Notes: a model not told the origin generated them from the sequence alone. A stretch of DNA of 31,700 bases from a virus (IMGVR_UViG_3300035392_000037:1-31700), one strand, 5' to 3'; positions 1 through 8,361 are shown, counted from the first letter of the stretch. Numbers and translations are program-made.

Positions 1-23
1 GGTCTGGTTTATAACTCCAGACC
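1..23. terminator. Stem-loop GGTCTGG-N9-CCAGACC, possible terminator of the minus-strand GIY-YIG gene
   Basis: 7-bp GC-rich inverted repeat about 45 bp downstream of the stop of 68..781(-). Any U-tract would lie outside the window. Confidence 0.35.
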
Positions 24-67
24 ATAAAGACATTTTCAACCGCTTTTTATACTATATATATCTCAAT

Positions 68-781
68 TTAAAAAATTTTTTTATGTTTCTTAACTTTTTT
101 TTCAAATTTATTTTTATCTTCATAATTACACCAATTATCTGCAGTGTTACAGTTTCCATAAATTAAATTATTAAGCTTTACGCCATATTTTTCTTCAAAT
201 TCTATAAACGTACCATTAAATTCTTCTGCCGTATCTAAATTATATAAATGTGATATATTATGTATTTTACCTATTTTGTTTTTTTTACCTATAACACTCC
301 AGTTTTTATGTGACTTTCTAGTTGACTTATTGCACATTGTATTTATAGATGGTTGATGTAAATTATATTTTGATATTAATTCACTTTGAGTACCAGTAAA
401 ATGTTCATTTGTTTTAATATTTATAAAGTTAAATATTCTATTATCTTGTATGTCTTTCCTGTCTATACCATTATTACACACGCACGCTTGCGCTGCGTTA
501 TATCCATTATAAATAGTATCGAATTTATTTATATAATAATTTTCTAATTTAACAACATCTTCTCTATTTTCAGCATATTCTAATATTTCCCAAGTAAATT
601 TATCTCTATCTAGTTCTATTAAAGCATAAAGAAACTTAGTATTCTTAATATTTCTTTTCTTATTATAACGACCTAATGTATAATGGCTATTAATTCGATC
701 TCTTAATGATCTATTTGTAGAACCAATATAACTCATATTATTCAATACATTAGTAGCAATATAAACTTTAAACTCTTTCAT
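68..781 (-). CDS. GIY-YIG homing endonuclease with C-terminal repeated DNA-binding (NUMOD-like) segments
   Basis: N-terminal VY(x10)YIGST...R...H, then E..YI...T...GYN, the canonical GIY-YIG pattern. The C-terminus has two similar segments (NIKTNEHFTGT / NLDTAEEFNGT). Confidence 0.85.
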   Translation of the reverse strand: MKEFKVYIATNVLNNMSYIGSTNRSLRDRINSHYTLGRYNKKRNIKNTKFLYALIELDRDKFTWEILEYAENREDVVKLENYYINKFDTIYNGYNAAQACVCNNGIDRKDIQDNRIFNFINIKTNEHFTGTQSELISKYNLHQPSINTMCNKSTRKSHKNWSVIGKKNKIGKIHNISHLYNLDTAEEFNGTFIEFEEKYGVKLNNLIYGNCNTADNWCNYEDKNKFEKKVKKHKKIF

Positions 782-860
782 AAAAATTAAATATTTTATT
801 TATTATATAGTATATATACTTAATTTTTAAAAAGTTTTTTAGTTTTTTAATTATTTTTAT

Positions 861-901
861 TGATATATCGCATCTTTTAAAATGTTATATCGCATCTTTT
901 A
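861..901. repeat. Direct repeat TG(A/T)TATATCGCATCTTTTA x2, 22-bp period
   Basis: 861-879 and 883-901 match at 18/19 positions, with an identical 16-bp core at 864-879 and 886-901. Confidence 0.85.
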
Positions 902-922
902 GTAGCGAAGCTTAATATACAA
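901..922. repeat. 22-bp element shared (inverted) with 27109-27130
   Basis: AGTAGCGAAGCTTAATATACAA versus the reverse complement of 27109-27130, AGTAGCGAAGCCTAATATACAA (21/22). Confidence 0.8.
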
Positions 923-941
923 CAAAAAAAGACATTATCAT

Positions 942-987
942 TTAAAAGAAGAGAGGTTAAACCGTATGAGACGACAGTTTAACCTCT
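942..987 (-). terminator. Probable intrinsic terminator downstream of the tRNA
   Basis: 11-bp perfect stem AGAGGTTAAAC (952-962) / GTTTAACCTCT (977-987), followed on the minus strand by CTTCTTTT. Confidence 0.55.
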
Positions 988-1053
988 ATAAAAAAATTAA
1001 AAACTTGAAAATGATGCTAATGTAAGTATTCCCTGACATATATTAACATTACG

Positions 1054-1126
1054 TTGCGGGAGAGGGAATTGAACCCCCGACCTCGAGGTTATGAGCCTCG
1101 CTAGCTACCACTGCTATCATCCCGCA
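1054..1126 (-). tRNA. tRNA-Met (CAT), initiator-like, CCA not encoded
   Basis: The minus strand folds as a cloverleaf: acceptor TGCGGGA/TCCCGCA, D stem TAGC/GCTA, anticodon arm CGAGG-CTCATAA-CCTCG, T arm GGGGG-TTCAATT-CCCTC. Confidence 0.93.
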
Positions 1127-1134
1127 ATATATGT

Positions 1135-1246
1135 GATAATAGTTTAACCAAATGAACTACTATCTTAACTATATACCAATTTAAAATATATAATTATATA
1201 CAAAAAAACGAAGTTGAAATGATGGCTTAAACAAATGAACCATCAT
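1135..1246 (-). other. Two RNA hairpins with a shared 10-nt loop CAUUUG(G/U)UUA
   Basis: 1135-1164 (10-bp stem) and 1219-1246 (9-bp stem). The stems differ in sequence, and each has a G-U pair that works only on the minus strand. Confidence 0.55.
1195..1204 (-). promoter_or_regulatory. TTTGTATATA motif (putative late promoter) upstream of the tRNA
   Basis: Same 10-mer as precedes several structural genes, oriented toward the tRNA. Confidence 0.55.
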
Positions 1247-1329
1247 CTTAAATTATGACTGAATGAACATCAGGTATATATATTAAACTTATAATTATAA
1301 TTAACAATTTAAAAAAGTTTTTGTTTTTT

Positions 1330-1674
1330 TTACCTATCTGAAATAGATGGTATCTTCTGAAATAGTTCATCACCATTAAAATATCTGTTTAATATCAACC
1401 ACATTTCTCTCCTTTTACTCTCTACTTTTGTCTTACATTTATATACAATGCTGAACCCCTTTTTTAACGCATTACAGCCACTTTCTTTACATTGGTGTAC
1501 TTCACGTACATTTTGATAAAATAGTTTATAATAAGCCCTCCCATTAGCGTTATAGCAGTCTCTACAATGTTCTTTCAGCCTCCTCTCAAAATTCATCGTT
1601 CTTCCCAGGTAGACTATGTTTCCTACTTCTATCCTGTAAACACTAAATTCTCCTTCTTTGTTCATACATTTCAT
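1330..1674 (-). CDS. Small GIY-YIG nuclease family protein
   Basis: VYRIE...VYLGRTMNFERRLKEH and a downstream E (SKRREMWLI) match the GIY-YIG motif order. Confidence 0.7.
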   Translation of the reverse strand: MKCMNKEGEFSVYRIEVGNIVYLGRTMNFERRLKEHCRDCYNANGRAYYKLFYQNVREVHQCKESGCNALKKGFSIVYKCKTKVESKRREMWLILNRYFNGDELFQKIPSISDR

Positions 1675-1889
1675 ACATTAAATTTTTTGCCTAATAAAAA
1701 TGTTAATGTCATTCCAAGAATAGTGTCCTTATCTTTAACTCCATCAGTTATTTGGTGAATGGTTCGATGTTCAACATTAGTTATTTTAACTCTTTTACAG
1801 TCTTTCCTACGAAACCTTAACCACTTCGGTAAAATGTGATGCTTTTCGATATAACCAAATTCACCACTTACATCTGAGTATCCTGTCAT
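1671..1889 (-). CDS. Small HNH-like endonuclease
   Basis: EKHHILPK...VKIT..EHRTIH pattern. GAGAGG SD-like site upstream and ATGA overlap with the next gene. Confidence 0.6.
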   Translation of the reverse strand: MTGYSDVSGEFGYIEKHHILPKWLRFRRKDCKRVKITNVEHRTIHQITDGVKDKDTILGMTLTFLLGKKFNV

Positions 1890-2038
1890 AACCTCTCTTT
1901 TTAGTTATATATTCAACATTTAAAGAAAAAACATACATTTTCATTAAAAAGTTTATAATTATTTAATGTATCCCTTTCATTTTCATCATTTTATTTTAAA
2001 GTGATGATATATAGAGTATAAAAATATGCATAACTAAT

Positions 2039-2509
2039 ATGAACAAAGATTTTGAACAGTATGAAATTGAAGGTAGAGATAAATTTAAAGCATTATTCGT
2101 ACCACAGTTTCCAAATATTAAAAACTTAACATTTACACCAATTGAAGATAAAAGATGTTATGATGCTACATTTAAGATAAATGACATTATTTACATTGTT
2201 GAAATTAAGCAAAGAGATTTCTCATACAGGAACTGGAAAGATATGTTGTTAGAGTATGATAAATATACTTCGCTGTTAAACATTAGAAAACAACTACTAT
2301 TGAAAGCATCATCAGAAGTTCGCTTACTTTATGTTCACACATATGAGTGTATAAACGATTATATGAAATACATAACATTACCACTTAACTTATCTAACTT
2401 CATCATAAAAGATTTACCAAGGAGCAAAGTGCTTGACAATGGGGACAAGCCAAAGTTAATAACATATCTCCATAATTATAATGAAATAAAAAACAACATA
2501 ACAACATAA
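2039..2509 (+). CDS. PD-(D/E)xK-fold nuclease-like protein
   Basis: N-terminal E, then YDATF...IVEIKQR (D...ExK) and MLLEYDKY. Confidence 0.6.
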   Translation: MNKDFEQYEIEGRDKFKALFVPQFPNIKNLTFTPIEDKRCYDATFKINDIIYIVEIKQRDFSYRNWKDMLLEYDKYTSLLNIRKQLLLKASSEVRLLYVHTYECINDYMKYITLPLNLSNFIIKDLPRSKVLDNGDKPKLITYLHNYNEIKNNITT

Positions 2510-2835
2510 TGAATTATATTAATAACACTGATTTTCAAGCTGAAATAGTTAACTGTATTAACAGCAACATCATTTCAGACAAACTAACTAAGATGTTCAT
2601 ACTATTAATTGACAACATCTATACATCGTTTTATACACCAAATATGTACGAACACGATATTAAAACTGATGTGCTGTTAAAGTGTATAAGCAACATCAAC
2701 AAATTGAATGTTAATGACTACGACAATCCTTTCGCTTTTTTCACAACATACATCAAGAGACATTGTATCAACTATTATAAAAAGTATAATAGGAAAGACA
2801 AAATGGTATATCTTAGCGAAATAACATCATACTAA
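2509..2835 (+). CDS. Minimal T4 gp55-like late-transcription sigma factor
   Basis: YINNTDF (cf. YVNNxxF), KMFILLI, D-x(4)-C, and DNPFAFFTT (cf. NPFAYFTQ) appear in gp55-like order. Confidence 0.7.
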   Translation: MNYINNTDFQAEIVNCINSNIISDKLTKMFILLIDNIYTSFYTPNMYEHDIKTDVLLKCISNINKLNVNDYDNPFAFFTTYIKRHCINYYKKYNRKDKMVYLSEITSY

Positions 2836-3642
2836 CAACGTGCTCACTCTACCTCTTAAAGTAGTTAAGTTAGTAACTATCGGAACTACATTAACAGGTG
2901 GAACGGCAACAGCTAATCCAGCAGCAACAGTGTTCAAATATGTAATAAACTCTGATATGAAATCTATTAACAAATCTTTCAAGTTCTCAAGGTCGTTTTT
3001 GATGCTTATCTTTCCAGCGTTCGTTACATTAAATTCAATCCCTGCATCATTCATTAATATCTCTGCTGTAGAGATATTTAGTCTTATGCTATCAAGCAAC
3101 ACCACTAACTCTGCTATACTCGTACTTCCTTCTGTAAACTTCAGGTTGAATGTTTTACCATTTGGAAACTGAACTTTAAATTCAGTACAGTTTATCAACT
3201 CTATGATATTGCTTTCATCTGCTACATAAAAATCAATATATGCTCCTTCACTTGAACCGATTACAAAACTGTTGGTCTGTGTATTCATTGACACAAAAGC
3301 ATTTTCTTCATCAAGCCAAGTTATGAACACATAACTACCAACTAACGGCACATCAGCTTTAACTGTTCCTGTTCTGCTTTCTGGTGAACCATCATATACA
3401 GCATCAGTGATGTTTCCAGCACTGTCTACTTTTAATATTGCTGGTGTCAGCTTTACTCCATATAGTATAGTATCATCACTCACCATTCTTACATCACAAG
3501 TTAAGTGATTGACAGCGTTATATGTTTCTCCTCGTTCATTTACATCTTTAACTCTATATGTTGTCATCACTACTGCTAATGCACTGTAAAACTTAGTGTT
3601 CGTATTCACTAACTTCTTTAATACTTGTTCTAATTTGTTCAT
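2827..3642 (-). CDS. Baseplate spike / gpV-like protein (short paralogue)
   Basis: N-terminal helix, TCDV...GVKL...PLVGSYVF OB-fold-like motifs, beta-rich middle and KISIKN-ENLKDLL C-terminus. Lies downstream of the hub gene. Confidence 0.65.
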   Translation of the reverse strand: MNKLEQVLKKLVNTNTKFYSALAVVMTTYRVKDVNERGETYNAVNHLTCDVRMVSDDTILYGVKLTPAILKVDSAGNITDAVYDGSPESRTGTVKADVPLVGSYVFITWLDEENAFVSMNTQTNSFVIGSSEGAYIDFYVADESNIIELINCTEFKVQFPNGKTFNLKFTEGSTSIAELVVLLDSIRLNISTAEILMNDAGIEFNVTNAGKISIKNDLENLKDLLIDFISEFITYLNTVAAGLAVAVPPVNVVPIVTNLTTLRGRVSTLLV

Positions 3643-6260
3643 TACTTTAACAATTTTTTTGTTCTTTCTAATATTAACTCCATAGAGTTGTCATATGTTT
3701 CAACAGAAATTATTGGCTGCAACACATTTCCAGTAGCTGATTGGTTAAGCATATATGATGACAGTCCACCAATAGTAAAGTTTATGAAATCTTGCAGTAG
3801 TAACCCTATCGACTCTGAATAATCACTCGGCTGTCTAACATAAGCATTTCGTTTACTAATTAAATATTCAATAGACGAACATACAAGAACATATTTTATA
3901 CACAAATATGTTGCTGTGATGTTCGTTGCATCTACTTGACTAAGGTATTTAGTTCCAACAGCATAACCAAATACAGTATTCACATACTTACCATCCTCTT
4001 TACCATAGTTCCAATTGCTACGAAGGATTAACGATTCTATTTCATCTTTCATATTAGATGTCTTTATTTTAGTCATAAAGAATTTATAAAAGTTAAAATC
4101 AGTGTTCGTAATGTTTCTCGCATTTTCTTTATACTTTATCAATATTAGTTGTATAAAAAGATCACTTAACACATCATTTTTAACCACAGACTTCAATGCT
4201 TCATACTCAGTTGACAATGCTTGATAATTTAGTGGATTATAAACTTCACCTCCATAAGTACTGTTTCTTACTGTAGTAGCTCTGTCTAATTCTATACGTA
4301 ATGTTCTTTTCATAGCTTCTACGCTACTCCACACTGTGTTAAATGTTTCTATGAACGATTGAACATATCTTTCGTCTTGTGATATGTCCGCAGCTCGGAG
4401 ATTTATACAATAGCTTACAATAGTATTAACATCAACCTTTTTAATATTTCCATTTTCATATACAAGATATTCAAAGTTGCTGTTCAGTGATGTCTCAAAA
4501 CATTGTTGTAATGACTTTAGTGCGAAATATACATCGTTTTTAATCTCTGACAACTGTAAGATGTTGTTGTCGTATGGAGTTGTAAAATGGTCATCACCTT
4601 TTATTCCGATACCAATTTTTGTACTCCCACCATCAATATTAATGTACTTTTCATTTTGAAGTATGATGCTGTTATTGTTCGTACCAAGTTCAATATATGT
4701 CAATCCATTAGTTTTCAATTCATTATACTCAACTTTTACGCCTATGTAGTTATCACCGTCTACATTAGTATATGGCTTGTTAACATACATCAACAGTTTA
4801 TCACTCTTTAAGTTAATTAAATAGTCTTTAATATACATTTCTAAGTTGTTATCCACTTTTACATCAACAGTGTCATAATCAGTTGCACCTACAATGTAGT
4901 AGTCTTCATTGCTCGTTTTATTCATAAACACATTAGCACCTTCTTTTGGTATCGTAACATTCTTGCTCCCGCTCGGAGATGGAGACAACTTCGCATTGTA
5001 AACGAAGTTAGATGTATTAGGATTTCCAATGTCAAAATCAGCATCAGATAATTCAACATCAATTGTATTCTCTTTAAACAGTTCGCTTGTTGTAACCACT
5101 TCATTTACTACGATATTTTGAGGTGCAGTTACAACAGCAGGCTTAAACCCTTCAAAGTATTTAGTGTACTCTCTGTTTATCTTTGTTTTAACGCTTTTAA
5201 CTAATGTTAAAAACCTTCTTCTTTCATTAGTAATATTAACTCCAGCTAAATTATTCTGAGTTACCTTAGTACCATCTTCTAATACAAATTCAATTGTATT
5301 AATATTAACTTCAAGCATATTTAACATATTTTCAATAGAATAACAATATGCAACTACACTTCCGTTTATTTTATCTTTCGCAGCTTGTGATAATAATGGA
5401 TATAGCCCTTTTATAACTTTTAAGTCTTTTTCAACAGAACTTGTAACATAATTACTAATTAAGAAAATTGTTTGATTATTATTAATCGGTTTAGGTCTAT
5501 AGTCTAAAATGAAACTGTCTCCAGTTTCAACGTGAGTAAGTTTAAAGTATGATGTTGTATTAACTGCTCTGTAAGTGAAATTTCCTTCTGCACAGTTAAA
5601 AACATCTTTAATAAAAGAAGCATTAGTAATACTTTCAAGATATTCTAAGTTAAATGCATTAGGTAAAGCAGCATTACTAAATAATATAGAAATGTTAATT
5701 GGGACTTCGTGAAATACCACACTTAAATTTTGTCCATTGTCAAAAAATACATCAGTACCATTTTGAGTATTTATTAAATGTGGATATAGTTCTTCTGTAT
5801 AGTTAATACTTTCAACTCCACCACCAGTAGATAAAACTGTTCTTGTTGTGTATAAACCTCTGTTGCTTGTATTTCCATTCTCAAAACCAAAATTATAGTT
5901 TTCATTACCTTCATAAACACCTTGTACTCCACCATTAAGAATATTCGTTTTCACATATGTAGCTTTGTCTATTGTATTAGGTTCATATACAACGCCACTA
6001 TCAACTATAGCATTACCGTTGTTAATAGTTCTACTTTTATACCCATTGTTGCTCTTGTTATAAGCATCAATAACTTTATCTAAGTTAATTTTATCAATGT
6101 CTGATAAGTCGTTGTTAACTATTCCTACTTGGCTCTGAAGTACATTTTCTATTACAACTTCACCAAGTATATACCTCTTTCTTGCTACACCAGTAACGCT
6201 GTATGGAGACTCTCCGATTGGAGATGCTAACTTCTTTAAAATGTCTTGAATGTTCTTCAT
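3642..6260 (-). CDS. Long spike/gpV-like paralogue with two large inserted regions
   Basis: Start moved to ATG 6260 (MKNIQDILKKL matches MNKLEQVLKKL of its neighbour). Shares TIDVEL...NAKL...PKEGANV and ESIGLLLQDFI...ERTKKLLK blocks with 2827..3642. Confidence 0.6.
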   Translation of the reverse strand: MKNIQDILKKLASPIGESPYSVTGVARKRYILGEVVIENVLQSQVGIVNNDLSDIDKINLDKVIDAYNKSNNGYKSRTINNGNAIVDSGVVYEPNTIDKATYVKTNILNGGVQGVYEGNENYNFGFENGNTSNRGLYTTRTVLSTGGGVESINYTEELYPHLINTQNGTDVFFDNGQNLSVVFHEVPINISILFSNAALPNAFNLEYLESITNASFIKDVFNCAEGNFTYRAVNTTSYFKLTHVETGDSFILDYRPKPINNNQTIFLISNYVTSSVEKDLKVIKGLYPLLSQAAKDKINGSVVAYCYSIENMLNMLEVNINTIEFVLEDGTKVTQNNLAGVNITNERRRFLTLVKSVKTKINREYTKYFEGFKPAVVTAPQNIVVNEVVTTSELFKENTIDVELSDADFDIGNPNTSNFVYNAKLSPSPSGSKNVTIPKEGANVFMNKTSNEDYYIVGATDYDTVDVKVDNNLEMYIKDYLINLKSDKLLMYVNKPYTNVDGDNYIGVKVEYNELKTNGLTYIELGTNNNSIILQNEKYINIDGGSTKIGIGIKGDDHFTTPYDNNILQLSEIKNDVYFALKSLQQCFETSLNSNFEYLVYENGNIKKVDVNTIVSYCINLRAADISQDERYVQSFIETFNTVWSSVEAMKRTLRIELDRATTVRNSTYGGEVYNPLNYQALSTEYEALKSVVKNDVLSDLFIQLILIKYKENARNITNTDFNFYKFFMTKIKTSNMKDEIESLILRSNWNYGKEDGKYVNTVFGYAVGTKYLSQVDATNITATYLCIKYVLVCSSIEYLISKRNAYVRQPSDYSESIGLLLQDFINFTIGGLSSYMLNQSATGNVLQPIISVETYDNSMELILERTKKLLK

Positions 6261-6277
6261 TATATAAATTTTAATTA

Positions 6278-6367
6278 TTTTTAAAAATAAATTGAAACTT
6301 TTTGTCACTTCGTTGTATAATATTACTTCTAATTTGTTAAACAAAGGAAAAAGAATATCAAAAAATT
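6278..6367 (+). repeat. 90-bp exact inverted repeat, copy A
   Basis: Base-by-base identical to the reverse complement of 27149-27238. Intergenic. Confidence 0.97.
6292..6321 (+). promoter_or_regulatory. Sigma70-like promoter TTGAAA-N18-TATAAT inside repeat A, antisense to the lysozyme gene
   Basis: Near-consensus hexamers, but AT-rich DNA raises the chance of a spurious match. Confidence 0.4.
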
Positions 6368-6374
6368 TACATTA

Positions 6375-6920
6375 TCATTTCGTATTTATTATCATCACTT
6401 CAAATTCCCTGTTCCTTAACAACCTCTTGCTAACGATATACTCACCATTAACATTTTTATACTTACAATATTTTAATAGTTCATTTCTTACATCTTCCCC
6501 ATTATGAATCATCTTACAGATTTTACTCTTTTTAAAGTATTGAAACCCTGTCCCCATTGCAAAGTGTGTCATAGCAATTACAATGTTATTATTACAACCG
6601 ACTAACTCACTTTTTACAAGTTCATAATAAATGTTGAAGTCATACATTAACAAACTGTCTGCCTGTTCAATGCTTATCACATCAAAATGTTCATCGGCTT
6701 TAATTTTATGTCCATAACCAATAGTCAGTTGACCTGCTGGACAGTAATATGGCTCACTACGAAACCCTTCACTCTGTTTCAGATGTTGTATCACAATATC
6801 TTTCATATCATCATTCTTAACAACATAGGCAGATATGCAAACTCTTTCTACTTCAACTGTAGTGAAACCGAAACATAAAGGAAACAAACAAAGCATTAAT
6901 ATTATAATTATCTTCCTCAT
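6375..6920 (-). CDS. GH24 lysozyme/endolysin with N-terminal signal or SAR-like segment
   Basis: EGFRSEPYYCPAGQLTIGYGH gives the E-x8-C-x5-T triad. C-terminal L.NRR-like motif (LLRNREFE) and hydrophobic N-terminus MRKIIIILMLCLFPLCFG. Confidence 0.88.
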   Translation of the reverse strand: MRKIIIILMLCLFPLCFGFTTVEVERVCISAYVVKNDDMKDIVIQHLKQSEGFRSEPYYCPAGQLTIGYGHKIKADEHFDVISIEQADSLLMYDFNIYYELVKSELVGCNNNIVIAMTHFAMGTGFQYFKKSKICKMIHNGEDVRNELLKYCKYKNVNGEYIVSKRLLRNREFEVMIINTK

Positions 6921-6921
6921 A

Positions 6922-8361
6922 TTAAATATTGTCTGTTATGAATGTTACTTGACTGTCAGTATAGAATTTTACTCCAGTTGTAATCTCTTGTCTGTATCCG
7001 ATTGATGGTGAGAATGTTCTAACAACTTTATCAACATAAAACGTAAATGACTTAGCTACATCTAATTGGTTATCCCCTGTTTTATTAATTCTATATTCAA
7101 CTATATCTCCAATGTTTACATATGAACTGTATGGAAATCCTCCAAAGGTTGTAAAACTTCCTGTGTAACCATCATCTTCCTTTTCATCATATCTACTCTT
7201 AACAATTTCATTACAAGCTTCCTGAGTTAAGTTAGGAATGTTTATATTTATTATGTTAGTTTCATCTGACTCTAACACTATGAAATCGTTGAAGTCATCT
7301 CCAGTTTTCTCAACATTAGCAATTGCTGTACGCATTTCAACATCCGTTGCATCTATTGGTAATATCTGTAATGCCTGTGCTATTTGTAAAGCATCTTTAT
7401 CATCAGGATATATTGCTTTCAGTACTACTCCACTGTCCTGTATGCTTTTACATACCACTATCGTTTCTGATTTTCCTGTGTCAGTCCACTTCATATTATC
7501 CTCGATTATTCTGTTATAAACTCCATCATATTGCGTTTCCATTCTACTAACGAATTTATGATAATAAACATAATCATCTACAACTTCATCTTTAACATCT
7601 TGTAATGAAGGGTTCTTAATCAACTTCTGAATATCTACACCACTTCGTCTGTACCAATTTCTCCAACCTACATACAATCTCTTTTCTGGAATGTCTATCC
7701 CTATTGTATTATTTCTTGATTTAAAAACATTTTTAAAGTAGATATACATACCAAATCTATCTTTTAATATCTTTAATATGGTGCTTGCATTATATCTGTC
7801 TTTTATCAACAGCTTTCCTATCGAATCTAAGTTATAACAAAATATTTCATAGTCAACAGTTACATTAATGAACATCCAGTACAATATATGTGCAAGTTTC
7901 AATGTCTGCCCTTCAAATCTATTCCCAGCTTCTACTACATCTTTTTTAAGTGGATTAGGGAATGAATTCTTTAATGTCTTTCCAGTCTTTAATTTATACA
8001 TCTCATCTTCACAAGTGAAAACAACGCTTGTTTCATCCATTTTATATTCAGTTATGTAACCATCAAAAACCTGTTTCATTACTCCGTCATATCCAGCTGC
8101 AATAGTTATTCTACTTCCTTTACGGATCTCATCTTCTTCAAGGTTGTTATTCCTAACGATAACATTATTACTATCAATTGCATACCCACGCTTGCTAACT
8201 ATAACTTCTGCTGTGTTAGTAAGAGAGTTAACATCGTCTACAACAGTAAACGATTCAACGTGTTGAATGATTAACATTACATCGCTTTGTGTAACTCTGT
8301 TGAATGCATCAATTTTCACTTCGTATGTAATCGGTAAAGAATATTTAAACAGTTTTGCCAT
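6922..8361 (-). CDS. Baseplate hub / late control D-like (Mu gp44-like) protein
   Basis: LTNTAEV, GSRITIAAGY...VFDGYIT, CEDEMYKLK, GYTGSFTTFG, YVDKV...GYRQ. Start moved to ATG 8361 to remove the overlap with 8398(+). Confidence 0.8.
   Translation of the reverse strand: MAKLFKYSLPITYEVKIDAFNRVTQSDVMLIIQHVESFTVVDDVNSLTNTAEVIVSKRGYAIDSNNVIVRNNNLEEDEIRKGSRITIAAGYDGVMKQVFDGYITEYKMDETSVVFTCEDEMYKLKTGKTLKNSFPNPLKKDVVEAGNRFEGQTLKLAHILYWMFINVTVDYEIFCYNLDSIGKLLIKDRYNASTILKILKDRFGMYIYFKNVFKSRNNTIGIDIPEKRLYVGWRNWYRRSGVDIQKLIKNPSLQDVKDEVVDDYVYYHKFVSRMETQYDGVYNRIIEDNMKWTDTGKSETIVVCKSIQDSGVVLKAIYPDDKDALQIAQALQILPIDATDVEMRTAIANVEKTGDDFNDFIVLESDETNIININIPNLTQEACNEIVKSRYDEKEDDGYTGSFTTFGGFPYSSYVNIGDIVEYRINKTGDNQLDVAKSFTFYVDKVVRTFSPSIGYRQEITTGVKFYTDSQVTFITDNI

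Noticed and set aside
5080-6180. Intein as the explanation for the spike insert
   Set aside because: No recognisable intein splicing motifs (N-terminal C/S block, terminal HN) or LAGLIDADG motifs.
6261-6344. N-terminal 28 aa of the 900-aa ORF in the track
   Set aside because: It runs through the noncoding 90-bp repeat, and paralogue alignment supports ATG 6260.
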